This document shows positions 22,126-31,980 of a stretch of 64,000 nucleotides of DNA, piece by piece. The position numbers and the translations under genes are program-made. This stretch comes from Shigella phage JK23. The stretch's first letter is position 1. Each line of letters begins with the position of its first letter. The notes beneath the pieces were generated by a model. It was not told the DNA's origin. It saw only the letters and a list, made by a program, of their open reading frames with translations, and did not search any database. The DNA is taken from the sequence record MK962752; one strand, given 5' to 3'.

Positions 22126-23220
22126 ATGGCAATTGTTAAAGAAATAACTGCTGATTTAATTAAAAAGTCCGGTGAGAAAATTTCAGCCGGACAGAGTACT
22201 AAATCAGAAGTAGGAACTAAAACATACACTGCCCAGTTTCCAACTGGGCGTGCTAGTGGTAATGACACTACAGGGGACTTCCAGGTAACAGATCTATATA
22301 AGAATGGATTATTATTTACTGCATACAATATGTCATCTAGGGATTCTGGAAGTCTTAGATCGATGAGATCTAACTACTCTTCTTCATCTTCGAGTATTTT
22401 ACGTACAGCTAGAAACACTATTAGTAGTACAGTATCAAAACTATCAAATGGATTAATATCAAATAATAATTCAGGAACAATAAGTAAATCTCCTATCGCA
22501 AACATTCTTTTACCGAGATCTAAATCTGATGTTGATACATCATCACATAGATTTAATGATGTTCAAGAAAGCCTTATCAGTAGAGGCGGAGGTACTGCTA
22601 CTGGTGTGCTAAGTAATATTGCTTCAACCGCAGTATTTGGGGCGCTGGAAAGTATAACACAAGGTATAATGGCTGATAATAATGAACAGATTTATACGAC
22701 AGCCAGAAGTATGTATGGTGGTGCTGAAAATAGAACTAAAGTGTTTACATGGGATTTGACTCCACGTTCAACAGAAGATTTAATGGCTATTATTAATATC
22801 TATCAATATTTTAACTATTTTTCTTATGGTGAAACGGGTAAATCTCAATATGCTGCTGAAATAAAGGGGTATTTAGATGATTGGTATCGTTCTACGTTAA
22901 TTGAACCTTTATCTCCGGAAGACGCAGCTAAAAATAAAACACTATTTGAGAAAATGACATCGAGTTTAACTAACGTTCTAGTAGTTTCAAACCCGACAGT
23001 TTGGATGGTGAAAAACTTTGGTGCAACATCTAAGTTTGATGGAAAAACGGAAATATTTGGTCCATGCCAAATACAGAGCATCAGATTTGATAAAACACCT
23101 AATGGTAACTTTAACGGATTAGCTATTGCTCCAAACCTCCCTAGTACATTTACTCTCGAGATTACTATGAGAGAAATTATCACGTTAAACCGTGCTTCTT
23201 TATATGCGGGGACTTTTTAA
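22126..23220 (+). CDS. 48: baseplate tail-tube junction protein gp48
   Basis: 364-aa ORF; matches T4 gp48. Confidence 0.9.
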   Translation: MAIVKEITADLIKKSGEKISAGQSTKSEVGTKTYTAQFPTGRASGNDTTGDFQVTDLYKNGLLFTAYNMSSRDSGSLRSMRSNYSSSSSSILRTARNTISSTVSKLSNGLISNNNSGTISKSPIANILLPRSKSDVDTSSHRFNDVQESLISRGGGTATGVLSNIASTAVFGALESITQGIMADNNEQIYTTARSMYGGAENRTKVFTWDLTPRSTEDLMAIINIYQYFNYFSYGETGKSQYAAEIKGYLDDWYRSTLIEPLSPEDAAKNKTLFEKMTSSLTNVLVVSNPTVWMVKNFGATSKFDGKTEIFGPCQIQSIRFDKTPNGNFNGLAIAPNLPSTFTLEITMREIITLNRASLYAGTF

Positions 23221-24185
23221 TGTATTCTTTAGAGGAATTTAATAATCAAGCAATAAACGCAGATTTCCAACGTAATAATATGTTTAGCTGCGTTTTTGCA
23301 ACAACTCCATCAACTAAAAGCTCTTCGTTGATAAGTTCAATTAGCAACTTTTCTTATAATAACTTGGGCCTAAATTCAGATTGGTTAGGATTAACTCAAG
23401 GTGATATTAATCAGGGAATTACCACGCTAATTACAGCTGGCACACAAAAACTGATAAGAAAATCAGGGGTTAGTAAATATCTTATTGGTGCCATGAGTCA
23501 ACGTACAGTTCAAAGTTTATTAGGCTCATTTACAGTTGGTACATATTTAATTGACTTCTTTAACATGGCATATAACTCATCTGGATTGATGATATATTCT
23601 GTAAAAATGCCAGAGAACAGATTATCCTATGAAACTGACTGGAACTATAATTCTCCTAATATTCGTATAACTGGGAGAGAATTAGACCCTTTGGTTATTT
23701 CATTTAGAATGGATTCAGAAGCTTGTAACTATCGTGCAATGCAAGACTGGGTTAACGCTGTTCAAGACCCAGTAACTGGATTACGTGCTTTGCCGCAAGA
23801 TGTCGAGGCAGATATTCAGGTTAATCTTCATTCTCGCAATGGATTACCTCACACTGCGGTGATGTTCACCGGATGCATTCCAGTGTCAGTGAGCGCTCCT
23901 GAGTTATCATATGATGGAGATAACCAAATAACTACATTTGATGTTACTTTTGCGTACAGAGTGATGCAGGCTGGAGCAGTTGATAGGCAAGCTGCGCTTG
24001 AATGGCTTGAATCTGCTGCTATAAATGGTATTCAAAGCGTTCTCGGAAATAGTGGAGGTGTTACTGGACTATCTAATTCGCTTTCACGACTCAGTAGATT
24101 AGGAGGAACTGCAGGAAGCATTTCAAACATTAATACTATGACAGGAATTGTCAATTCGCAAAGTAAAATATTAGGAGCAATATAA
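23220..24185 (+). CDS. 54: baseplate tail-tube initiator gp54
   Basis: 321-aa ORF; matches T4 gp54. Confidence 0.9.
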   Translation: MYSLEEFNNQAINADFQRNNMFSCVFATTPSTKSSSLISSISNFSYNNLGLNSDWLGLTQGDINQGITTLITAGTQKLIRKSGVSKYLIGAMSQRTVQSLLGSFTVGTYLIDFFNMAYNSSGLMIYSVKMPENRLSYETDWNYNSPNIRITGRELDPLVISFRMDSEACNYRAMQDWVNAVQDPVTGLRALPQDVEADIQVNLHSRNGLPHTAVMFTGCIPVSVSAPELSYDGDNQITTFDVTFAYRVMQAGAVDRQAALEWLESAAINGIQSVLGNSGGVTGLSNSLSRLSRLGGTAGSISNINTMTGIVNSQSKILGAI

Positions 24186-24189
24186 CAAT

Positions 24190-24207
24190 GGGGACCGAAA
24201 GGTCCCC
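24190..24207. terminator. bidirectional hairpin between convergent gene 54 and the alt block
   Basis: GGGGACC-GAAA-GGTCCCC followed by T-rich tract. Confidence 0.7.
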
Positions 24208-24213
24208 ATATTT

Positions 24214-24504
24214 TTATTTACGGAATGAAATGAAAGCAGAAACTGAAGCAACTAAACTGTCTTCAATATAAACTTCAATTTTTACCGGAGCTTCTGACTC
24301 AAATTTACCTGTTACTACACCTTGGAAAATGCTTTCAGTCTGTTCTGGTTTTGAAAAATTTTCAGAAGGAAAAATTCCGAACTTTTTATCTGTTCCAAAA
24401 ATTTTAATAAATTCATCGTAAACTGCTTCATTAAAAGCATTATCAGCAGGAATAACGCCTTCAACGACGAGCTCTTGGCCTAAAAAGCGTAAAGAAGATT
24501 TCAT
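24214..24504 (-). CDS. hypothetical protein downstream of alt (alt.-N family)
   Basis: 96-aa ORF with ATG start, GAGGA RBS and early promoter upstream. Confidence 0.6.
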   Translation of the reverse strand: MKSSLRFLGQELVVEGVIPADNAFNEAVYDEFIKIFGTDKKFGIFPSENFSKPEQTESIFQGVVTGKFESEAPVKIEVYIEDSLVASVSAFISFRK

Positions 24505-24511
24505 TTTGTGT

Positions 24512-24565
24512 TCCTCATGTTATGTCAGTAAGACTACTATAACACAACACGAGGGACTTGTAAAC
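24512..24565 (-). repeat. 54-bp exact repeat, copy 1 (early promoter plus leader)
   Basis: Identical to 40482-40535. Confidence 0.9.
24536..24565 (-). promoter_or_regulatory. early promoter (-35 GTTTAC, -10 TATAGT)
   Basis: On - strand GTTTAC, 18-bp spacer, TATAGT, then GAGGA RBS; inside 54-bp repeat. Confidence 0.55.
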
Positions 24566-26622
24566 TACATTTTGAACTTTTTAGACATTCCGTTGATGTT
24601 AACCAAAGAAGCTAATATTTGAGAAACTTCGTTTTCCTCTTCTTTTGATTCTTCTACAAGGAATTGATTAAATCCAGCCATTGGACGAACTTCACCAGTT
24701 TCCATTAAATGGTCGCCATCATATACTGATTCTTCTAATTGGTCAGAAGGAGGAACGATTGTACCTTCGATTAGATACTTGTTATAAGCAGTTTCTTTCA
24801 TAAAGTACGTACTTACTTTATTAATCTTTAGTAAAATTCCGCGCGGTAGAATAACTTCAGCTTCTGATGGAAATCCTGATAAATGACCCGGAACGATAAC
24901 TTTGATTCGCTCAGCTCCTTTAATTACCATACCCACGCTAGTTTCAGCATCTTCATTAGCATATGTAGAATGACTACCCATATGCATCAAATCTTCTGCA
25001 TCAACAGAACCTTCTCCTTCGCCAGAAAATACTGCACCGGAATCATCTAGAGCCATATAGTTTTTACCATGCTCACCGAAGATATTTGGTTTAAGCGATG
25101 TCGATACGAAGTTCTTGAAATAGAACATTTTGTTTTCAATGTTATGACGCAAAGTTTTAAAGGTAACTTCTTGTCCACGATAAAGCGTAGTTCCTGGAGG
25201 AAGAACTGAACCTTTAGCGAATGCAGAATCCAACGTCTCAATGTGCTTAATAGCTCGTTCCATATATTCTTCACGGGTAGAATCTGGTTTACCCAAAAGG
25301 AACGAGTTCATTTCAACATATGAATCTGCACAATAATCTTCAATTACATCAGACTCAGCCTGAGTCAGTCCTTTTGGAGTTACTTCAGTGCTTGCGTATT
25401 CATATGCCTGAGCAGCAGATTCATTAATCAATTTATAAATGCCATTCATGACAAATTGAATAATAGCTGTCTTTTCATCTGGCGTAGCTTTAGAACCTTT
25501 AACCAAATCATTGATAATTTTCTTAATAACATCAAAGCTATTAGAAATATTAATATCAGCAAGATCGCTTAAAATTTTATCAGTTTTATAATCAAAGAAT
25601 TCTTTATTCTTTAAATATTCTTGAGAACCTTGATATGTTATATCGCTCTGCAACTTGATAGATGGATCACGTAAACGTGCATGGGCCAATGCAATATGAT
25701 TTCGGAAGTTTTCTAGTTCATAATCGCTAGATTTAAAACGAGAAGCACTTCTCATACCACCGATAGCTCCTTTGCCGAAGTTTGAACCAATCTGGATAAC
25801 GCCAGAGTTCATCGGACCTTCTGCTTTATATACCGGAACTTTAGATTCAAACTCTTGATATTTCTTGGCAGCGAAGCCATCACCCTGAAGTGAAGCATCG
25901 ACAGTAGAATATTGAGCTTGTGCTGCTAATCGACGACTAATTTTAGTTTTTTGAATAACAGCTTGATCCGTGCGCTTATCATTTTCTAAAGCAATAGAAG
26001 CAGCAACAGCGACAGCTTTAGGAACAGCATTACCTGTTTTAACATCTACATAAACATCACCGACCTTTGATTCAACTTTTGTGAATAACTCGGTTGAAAT
26101 AGGAGGTACACCTGGAATGTCTTCTAAATTGGCATTTTTACGGTAAACCATAATATATGCGTACTTTTTATCATAGTCCCAGATTTCCTTTAAAAGAACA
26201 TATCGACCTGCTCCTTTAGTACGTACTAAACGGTCAGCAATAACTTGCATTTGACGAGCTGCGCCATTTGTTTTACTTTTTAGTACGCGGAATAGACATG
26301 CGTCGATTTTATACTGTTTCATTGTTTGAAGAGCAGTATCAAAAACGGCATTAATGACACCAATTGGATTTCCACCCAAGTTTTTAAGCTTAACTAATGA
26401 TAGTTTCTCATTAACACCTATCATTACGATATGCATCATTTTATCGCCTGGTTTAACGTTTTTATTCGTATCACCACCAGAGGTGTATGTACAAAATCTA
26501 AATCCAGGAAGCACGCTTTCTTCGCCGGCTTGAATAGCAAAAATTTGTGGTATTTTATGCTTAGGATTTAAGTTAACAACCGGCGCCGAAGCGCCGTCAA
26601 ATAATTCTGTAATAAGTTCCAT
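24565..26622 (-). CDS. alt: Alt-like ADP-ribosyltransferase, paralogue 1
   Basis: 685-aa ORF; N-terminal MELITELFD (prohead-protease LxE site); C-terminal R-S-E ART motifs YRGQ / STSL / EAEVILPRG. Confidence 0.85.
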   Translation of the reverse strand: MELITELFDGASAPVVNLNPKHKIPQIFAIQAGEESVLPGFRFCTYTSGGDTNKNVKPGDKMMHIVMIGVNEKLSLVKLKNLGGNPIGVINAVFDTALQTMKQYKIDACLFRVLKSKTNGAARQMQVIADRLVRTKGAGRYVLLKEIWDYDKKYAYIMVYRKNANLEDIPGVPPISTELFTKVESKVGDVYVDVKTGNAVPKAVAVAASIALENDKRTDQAVIQKTKISRRLAAQAQYSTVDASLQGDGFAAKKYQEFESKVPVYKAEGPMNSGVIQIGSNFGKGAIGGMRSASRFKSSDYELENFRNHIALAHARLRDPSIKLQSDITYQGSQEYLKNKEFFDYKTDKILSDLADINISNSFDVIKKIINDLVKGSKATPDEKTAIIQFVMNGIYKLINESAAQAYEYASTEVTPKGLTQAESDVIEDYCADSYVEMNSFLLGKPDSTREEYMERAIKHIETLDSAFAKGSVLPPGTTLYRGQEVTFKTLRHNIENKMFYFKNFVSTSLKPNIFGEHGKNYMALDDSGAVFSGEGEGSVDAEDLMHMGSHSTYANEDAETSVGMVIKGAERIKVIVPGHLSGFPSEAEVILPRGILLKINKVSTYFMKETAYNKYLIEGTIVPPSDQLEESVYDGDHLMETGEVRPMAGFNQFLVEESKEEENEVSQILASLVNINGMSKKFKM

Positions 26623-26625
26623 GAT

Positions 26626-28722
26626 TTATCCTTGAACGAACTTGTAAGGCATGTTTGTAATATCTATGCAAGACGCAATAATTCCAAGAGATGATTCTAC
26701 TTTCTGTTTAACATTTGATGAAACAAATGATGCAAAGTCAACTCTGTCTTCTACTTCAATATCACCTGTCATTGCAACTACTTCGCCGGTTTCCATTAGA
26801 TGGTCACCGTCATAAATTACCGATTCGGTGAGTTCTTCTGTGGTCATAACTTCAGCTTGAATAAGTTTTGTATTATTAGATGTTGTTCCGTCATTATTAG
26901 AAGCATCAGTTATTTTATTAACTTTAACCATCAATCCGCGCGGTAGAATAACTTCAGCTTCTGTTGCTATTCCGAGACTTCCTGGATATACAACATTAAC
27001 TTTATGAGCTCCATCAATTGCCCATCCTATTTGAACTTTAACGTATTCAGGATTTTCTTTATACGCTCTTATTTCGTTTGGATTAATAGTTATTCCTTCT
27101 TCATTTTTATCAACTGTTAATTCATTGCGAGCTTCTGGTTCTAAAAGACCAATACCAGCATGTGTAATTCCAAAACGTCCAAAAATGATAGGAGTTAAAG
27201 AAGTAGATACAAAATTTCTGAAATAGAACACTTTATTTTTAACTAGTGCTTCGTATATAGGAGCAGTCATACTTTGAGCACGATAAACTGTAATGCCTTC
27301 TGGTATACGGTCACCATTTTCAAAAGCTGAATCTAAATTATTTATAGCAGATTCAATTTCTTTTTCACTCATTATATCATATCGTTCTGGATTGTAACGA
27401 CCTAAAAGAAGATTATTGATGTCTGTATATCCTGAACCACAATACTCTCTAATGCCGCGCTTTTGTGATGGAGTATATTTAGAACCATCACGGGCAATAG
27501 TAATATCAATCATTGGACCTGCACCAATTCCGGAAAAGCTATAAATCATTCGTTTGAGGAATTTAGTTTTTGCTGCATTCCAGGCATTTTTAGTTATTTC
27601 TCCCCAGACTTCATCTGGCTGCCCTTTACGAGTTTTATTATGTTTATCAAGCCAATTATCTTTATATTCTTCAAATAATTGATTAACAGCTGCTGCGTAT
27701 TTCTCTAAACATTTTATTGAAGTAGTTGGTTCATTTTTAATCGCATTAAGAATTACATCTTTAATTTTTTCTGAAACTTCACCGACTTGACTCATTGGAA
27801 AGAATTTATAATCATAGTGAAGTTCATCTGCCGTTCCTTCAGCAATAATTTTTGCTGCCTTAGTTTTAGAAGCTAATGAATTAATTCCAAGCTTCATTTC
27901 TTCTGCTTCGGGAATTAAAGGTGCAGTAGCAGGTTTATTGAAATTAGCTGCGGTAGATTCATACTTCTGGAATAATTCACTTTCAAATCTAGAAGATTCC
28001 AATGACTGACTTTGTGCAATTGCTCTACGGGAAATTTTAACTTTAACGATTACGGCTTGGTCAGAACGTTTATCGTTTTCTTGTGCAATAGATGCAGCAA
28101 TTGCCTCATTTTTGGTTACTTGAGCTCCAGTATCTTTATTAATATAAACATCACCGACCTTCGATTCAACTTTAGTAAAGAGCTCGGTACTAATTTCCGG
28201 AACTCCTGGAATGTCTTCTAGTGATACATTTTTGCGATGTATAAGAATATATGCATACTTTTTATCATAATCCCAGAGTTCCTTAAGAAGGACGTATCTG
28301 CCACCTGAACGACTACGGATAAGTCTATCAGCAATAACTTGAATTTGTCGAGCTTGGCCAGCAGTTTTAGACTTAAGAATACGAAGCATACAAGCATCAA
28401 TTTTATACTGACGCATTGTTTGCATTGCAACAGTAAAAACTGAATTGATATAATTAATTGGGCTTGGACCAAGACCTTTTAATTTAGCAATTGAACCTTT
28501 AGCAGTTAATGTAAAAGGAACAATATGCATCATTTTATCGCCCATTTTTAAATCACGATTAGTATCACCTCCAGATGTATAGGTACATAAACGAAAGCCT
28601 GGTTGTTCAATTGCATCATCAACATGAACTGAAAAAATTTGTGGTATTTTCTTCTTTGGATTTAAGTTTGTAATCGGAAGAGTAGTATCTTCGTCAAATA
28701 ATTCTGTAATGAGTTCCATCAT
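26626..28722 (-). CDS. alt: Alt-like ADP-ribosyltransferase, paralogue 2
   Basis: 698-aa ORF; same N-terminal MELITELFD and C-terminal YRAQ / STSL / EAEVILPRG motifs, divergent central region; late promoter upstream. Confidence 0.85.
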   Translation of the reverse strand: MMELITELFDEDTTLPITNLNPKKKIPQIFSVHVDDAIEQPGFRLCTYTSGGDTNRDLKMGDKMMHIVPFTLTAKGSIAKLKGLGPSPINYINSVFTVAMQTMRQYKIDACMLRILKSKTAGQARQIQVIADRLIRSRSGGRYVLLKELWDYDKKYAYILIHRKNVSLEDIPGVPEISTELFTKVESKVGDVYINKDTGAQVTKNEAIAASIAQENDKRSDQAVIVKVKISRRAIAQSQSLESSRFESELFQKYESTAANFNKPATAPLIPEAEEMKLGINSLASKTKAAKIIAEGTADELHYDYKFFPMSQVGEVSEKIKDVILNAIKNEPTTSIKCLEKYAAAVNQLFEEYKDNWLDKHNKTRKGQPDEVWGEITKNAWNAAKTKFLKRMIYSFSGIGAGPMIDITIARDGSKYTPSQKRGIREYCGSGYTDINNLLLGRYNPERYDIMSEKEIESAINNLDSAFENGDRIPEGITVYRAQSMTAPIYEALVKNKVFYFRNFVSTSLTPIIFGRFGITHAGIGLLEPEARNELTVDKNEEGITINPNEIRAYKENPEYVKVQIGWAIDGAHKVNVVYPGSLGIATEAEVILPRGLMVKVNKITDASNNDGTTSNNTKLIQAEVMTTEELTESVIYDGDHLMETGEVVAMTGDIEVEDRVDFASFVSSNVKQKVESSLGIIASCIDITNMPYKFVQG

Positions 28723-28742
28723 ATCCTCTCTAGTGTTTATTC

Positions 28743-28750
28743 TATTTATA
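28743..28750 (-). promoter_or_regulatory. late promoter TATAAATA on - strand (alt paralogue 2)
   Basis: Plus-strand TATTTATA between a hairpin and the alt RBS (GAGAGG). Confidence 0.6.
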
Positions 28751-28755
28751 AAATT

Positions 28756-28773
28756 AAAGGCCCGAAGGCCTTT
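28756..28773 (-). terminator. hairpin upstream of alt late promoter
   Basis: AAAGGCC-CGAA-GGCCTTT. Confidence 0.55.
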
Positions 28774-28960
28774 AATAATCTATTGGTAAGAGAGTACGAT
28801 ATATTTCAAACTTTGGACCTTTTTCATAGGCATCAAAAGTTTCTGTGAATTTATTATAAGCATATGCATCTATAAATTCAATCATGATTTGTGATACAGA
28901 AGTAGAAACATCTCCACCTTCTTTTTGAGCCACGACAATTGTTTCTAAGTAAGCTTTCAT
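28772..28960 (-). CDS. hypothetical small protein
   Basis: 62-aa ORF, ATG start overlapping 3' end of gene 30. Confidence 0.45.
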   Translation of the reverse strand: MKAYLETIVVAQKEGGDVSTSVSQIMIEFIDAYAYNKFTETFDAYEKGPKFEIYRTLLPIDY

Positions 28961-30420
28961 AAACCAGTTACCTCATGAAAATCACCAAATACATCTTCGA
29001 ATGTATTAGCTTTAGTTTTATCTTCACGTAAACGAATCGCAATCGGAAGAAATAATTTAACGTAATCAGTGCGGCCATCAGATTTTAACCAACCGTTGCA
29101 TTCGCACTCTAGAATTTTTCCAATATAATAATTTTGGTTTTCCATAATGCGAGTACGGTCAAGTTCATGCGATTTTACACCGGCTTTATCTTTTAAGCCT
29201 GAACCAGCATTTACTTTAATTTTTCCACACTCTGATTCAAGAATAAATCCACCCGCTTTAGTAGGGTCTTTACGGTGAGGATAAATTCCTACAATTTTTA
29301 AATCAACATCAATTACTTCTTTAAATTTATAGAGATTTTTTGAACGAGCATTTTCCCATAATCCATCGATATTTTTGAGAATAATACCTTCAAGACCTTG
29401 GTCAATATATTTTTTATAAATTACCTTAGCTTCATTTAGGTTATTTACTACCTGGTTTTCAATTAAAATTACTTTATCATAGCCTGATGTCATTTGTTCT
29501 AGTTTAGAAAAACGTACATCATACTTTAAACGAAATGCAGGAAGACCATATATTTCTACTAATGGAACATAGTCCCAGACCTGAAACTTCATGCATTGAG
29601 CTTCTTTTTCGGAAATGGTTCCCTTTAAAGATTTATTAGCGATTCCATTAGAAGCAGTACGTGATTCAGCTACTTCGGCGAATTCTTTAGCTTTACTAAT
29701 TTCAGGATAAGCATCAAAAAGAAAATCTAGGCCTTCTGGTTCCTTTTCAACTTGCTCATGGTATACCAATTCGCCATCAATTAACACACCTTCTGGATGA
29801 ATCTGGCGGGCTTCAGCGGTCATTTTGATTAACTCTTCCTTAAGAAGGTCTAATCCTAGATATTCATTACCAGCTCGTGATAAAAGACGAACATCATCTA
29901 ATTCATCACCTCTAACTTCAGCAAAACACCGAGCTCCATCAGCTTTTAACTGGGCAAAGGCTGGAAATTTGATATTCTTATTAATGCCTTTTTCATCATA
30001 AGAACTTGCCAGCATTTGAGGTTGTTCAGGAATTAAACCTGGCCAAACTTTGTTTGCAATAGATACTGAAGCACCACATTCAAGGTCTCGCATCATCACT
30101 CGACGCAAAACTTCAACATCATCTTTTTTACCATCGGTGATGTATCCAGTTAATTCCTCAATTGCCGCATTTCCAGTCAATTTCCGAGTAGCTAACGTGA
30201 ATTCAATGAAGTCAAGCATATCGGTAAGAGTCAACATTCCAAAACTCTGGGTAGCAATACCAGGTTTAGGCCATTTCTTGATATAATACTGTAACCCACG
30301 AGAATAAGTCAGACGATATACTCGTTTAAGCAATTCATTATCTTTATTCTTTTCAAGAATTGCTTGCTTCTGTTTAGTTGAACCAATAGATGCTATTTCG
30401 TTCAGAATTTTAAGAATCAT
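28957..30420 (-). CDS. 30: ATP-dependent DNA ligase gp30
   Basis: 487-aa ORF (T4 DNA ligase length); adenylation motif KADGAR. Confidence 0.93.
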   Translation of the reverse strand: MILKILNEIASIGSTKQKQAILEKNKDNELLKRVYRLTYSRGLQYYIKKWPKPGIATQSFGMLTLTDMLDFIEFTLATRKLTGNAAIEELTGYITDGKKDDVEVLRRVMMRDLECGASVSIANKVWPGLIPEQPQMLASSYDEKGINKNIKFPAFAQLKADGARCFAEVRGDELDDVRLLSRAGNEYLGLDLLKEELIKMTAEARQIHPEGVLIDGELVYHEQVEKEPEGLDFLFDAYPEISKAKEFAEVAESRTASNGIANKSLKGTISEKEAQCMKFQVWDYVPLVEIYGLPAFRLKYDVRFSKLEQMTSGYDKVILIENQVVNNLNEAKVIYKKYIDQGLEGIILKNIDGLWENARSKNLYKFKEVIDVDLKIVGIYPHRKDPTKAGGFILESECGKIKVNAGSGLKDKAGVKSHELDRTRIMENQNYYIGKILECECNGWLKSDGRTDYVKLFLPIAIRLREDKTKANTFEDVFGDFHEVTGL

Positions 30421-30686
30421 TGTTCATCCTTTAGAGTTTGGTTTACAGCTCTATTATAAATCAATTCATCATTAAGCTCAGTCAAAGACCTGTGGTACGT
30501 GGTTCTAACTTTATTTCCTTGCATCCAGTGCTTGACGTAAATGAAACCTTGCTCTACACATTTTTTAAAAATTCGTTCGTCTTTTTGAGCTCGGAATTCT
30601 GGATTGCATCTAAAAAATTGATTTACGTGACCGTAATCACGTGTAGTATTACCTTCATTTTCATAAATAGTGTGAACAACAAACAT
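30417..30686 (-). CDS. 30.1: hypothetical protein 30.1
   Basis: 89-aa ORF; first of nine small ORFs between 30 and rIII, as in T4. Confidence 0.6.
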   Translation of the reverse strand: MFVVHTIYENEGNTTRDYGHVNQFFRCNPEFRAQKDERIFKKCVEQGFIYVKHWMQGNKVRTTYHRSLTELNDELIYNRAVNQTLKDEQ

Positions 30687-31525
30687 TAGAATGCTCCTTG
30701 GAAAATATTATCACCACTAGTAGGTCTATTATACAAATACTCTATGCCACCAGGTTTAATATAGTTCCATGTCTGAAACGGATGTGTCTGATATGGATGA
30801 TATAGATGATTATAAGGATTAAATCCAGGAGTTCTCCAGGTAGTGTTCCAAGGAAAAGAATCGTTTTTGATCATCTTCTCGATTGCATCTTTTATAGCTT
30901 TTTCACTATCAAAGCTTTCTTTATTTTCCTTTGGTGAAAAAAGCTTATTCTCTACATCGTTCCATGTATAAACTCGCTGAGCAGTTTTTGGAATATTGTC
31001 ACGCTCTCCTCGAGCCATCCAATAAACAGGAACATTTAATATTTCACTCGCGTGATCGCAGTGGTGAGCGAGATCGTCAATATAACAAATTACGTTATAT
31101 TTCTCTTTTGCCTTTTTGAACAACTCTTCTTTTGAAGAATCATGACCACACATCAATACTTCTGAGAAGGCACCAGGAAAAAGAGCATTCAAATTAAATT
31201 GACGATTCAGCAGAGCGTCAATAGAATCACCCAATGCTGTAACAGCTACAAAATTATAATCTTCTTTTAATTTGTTAATTACACACAGGGCATCTTTATA
31301 TGGAGACAAGTAACGAATAAAATCTGAACGATTGTATTTTTCAATTAACTTGACGCCAAGTTCTTCATCACAATTAAAGAGTTTACCAGGAGAAATAAAT
31401 TTCTCATCTTGGATCATTTTTAAAATATGTTCTAACGGAAGATTATATTTCTGAGCAAAATAAGGAAGGCCTGATTGCCAGCTTAAACATACTCCATCAA
31501 TATCAGTTAAAATAGTAGGCTTCAT
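30686..31525 (-). CDS. 30.2: HAD-superfamily hydrolase-like protein 30.2
   Basis: 279-aa ORF with N-terminal motif ILTDIDGV (HAD motif I). Confidence 0.65.
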   Translation of the reverse strand: MKPTILTDIDGVCLSWQSGLPYFAQKYNLPLEHILKMIQDEKFISPGKLFNCDEELGVKLIEKYNRSDFIRYLSPYKDALCVINKLKEDYNFVAVTALGDSIDALLNRQFNLNALFPGAFSEVLMCGHDSSKEELFKKAKEKYNVICYIDDLAHHCDHASEILNVPVYWMARGERDNIPKTAQRVYTWNDVENKLFSPKENKESFDSEKAIKDAIEKMIKNDSFPWNTTWRTPGFNPYNHLYHPYQTHPFQTWNYIKPGGIEYLYNRPTSGDNIFQGAF

Positions 31526-31980
31526 AGAGAGTCTCTTAATAGGTTTAACACATCAATAAATTCAGCTTCGGTTAATATTGTATCATCTTTTGTTAGACCA
31601 CTAGCCATGCTGTGCTTCAAAACTTTTCCTTTCGAGGCGTGTAATGCATCACGAAAGCCCTTGTTTTGGATCGCTGCTTCAAAATATGCATTTGTGTATA
31701 ATTCTTTCCATGCTGGGGAGTATCTTGAAAACGGAACTCCAAGCCAGAAGAGGGTCCCACGGTCCTGAGCTCTAGCATAAGACCTTCCAGCTTGTTGGGC
31801 GGCAAGCCCGGATAACCCAAATATACGACGTTGTTGTTCAGCATTTTTCACCTTGCATCCTTGGAGGAATCCTTCAAGACCTCCGAATTGAATACCATCC
31901 ATGACGAAAGGCCATTGGGCGAAATTACTTAATGCACACGATGGCCATCTAAAATTGCTTCTAATCTCTAACTCAGACAT
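31522..31980 (-). CDS. 30.3: NADAR (YbiA/DUF1768)-like protein 30.3
   Basis: Track start is TTG; ATG 31980 gives 152 aa; motif ALSNFAQWPFVMDGIQFGGLEGFLQGCK resembles the NADAR core. Confidence 0.65.
   Translation of the reverse strand: MSELEIRSNFRWPSCALSNFAQWPFVMDGIQFGGLEGFLQGCKVKNAEQQRRIFGLSGLAAQQAGRSYARAQDRGTLFWLGVPFSRYSPAWKELYTNAYFEAAIQNKGFRDALHASKGKVLKHSMASGLTKDDTILTEAEFIDVLNLLRDSL

Noticed and set aside
24565-28722. Possibility that the two alt genes are an assembly duplication
   Set aside because: The copies are highly diverged in their central regions and at DNA level, unlike the exact gene 37 repeat, so they are genuine paralogues.
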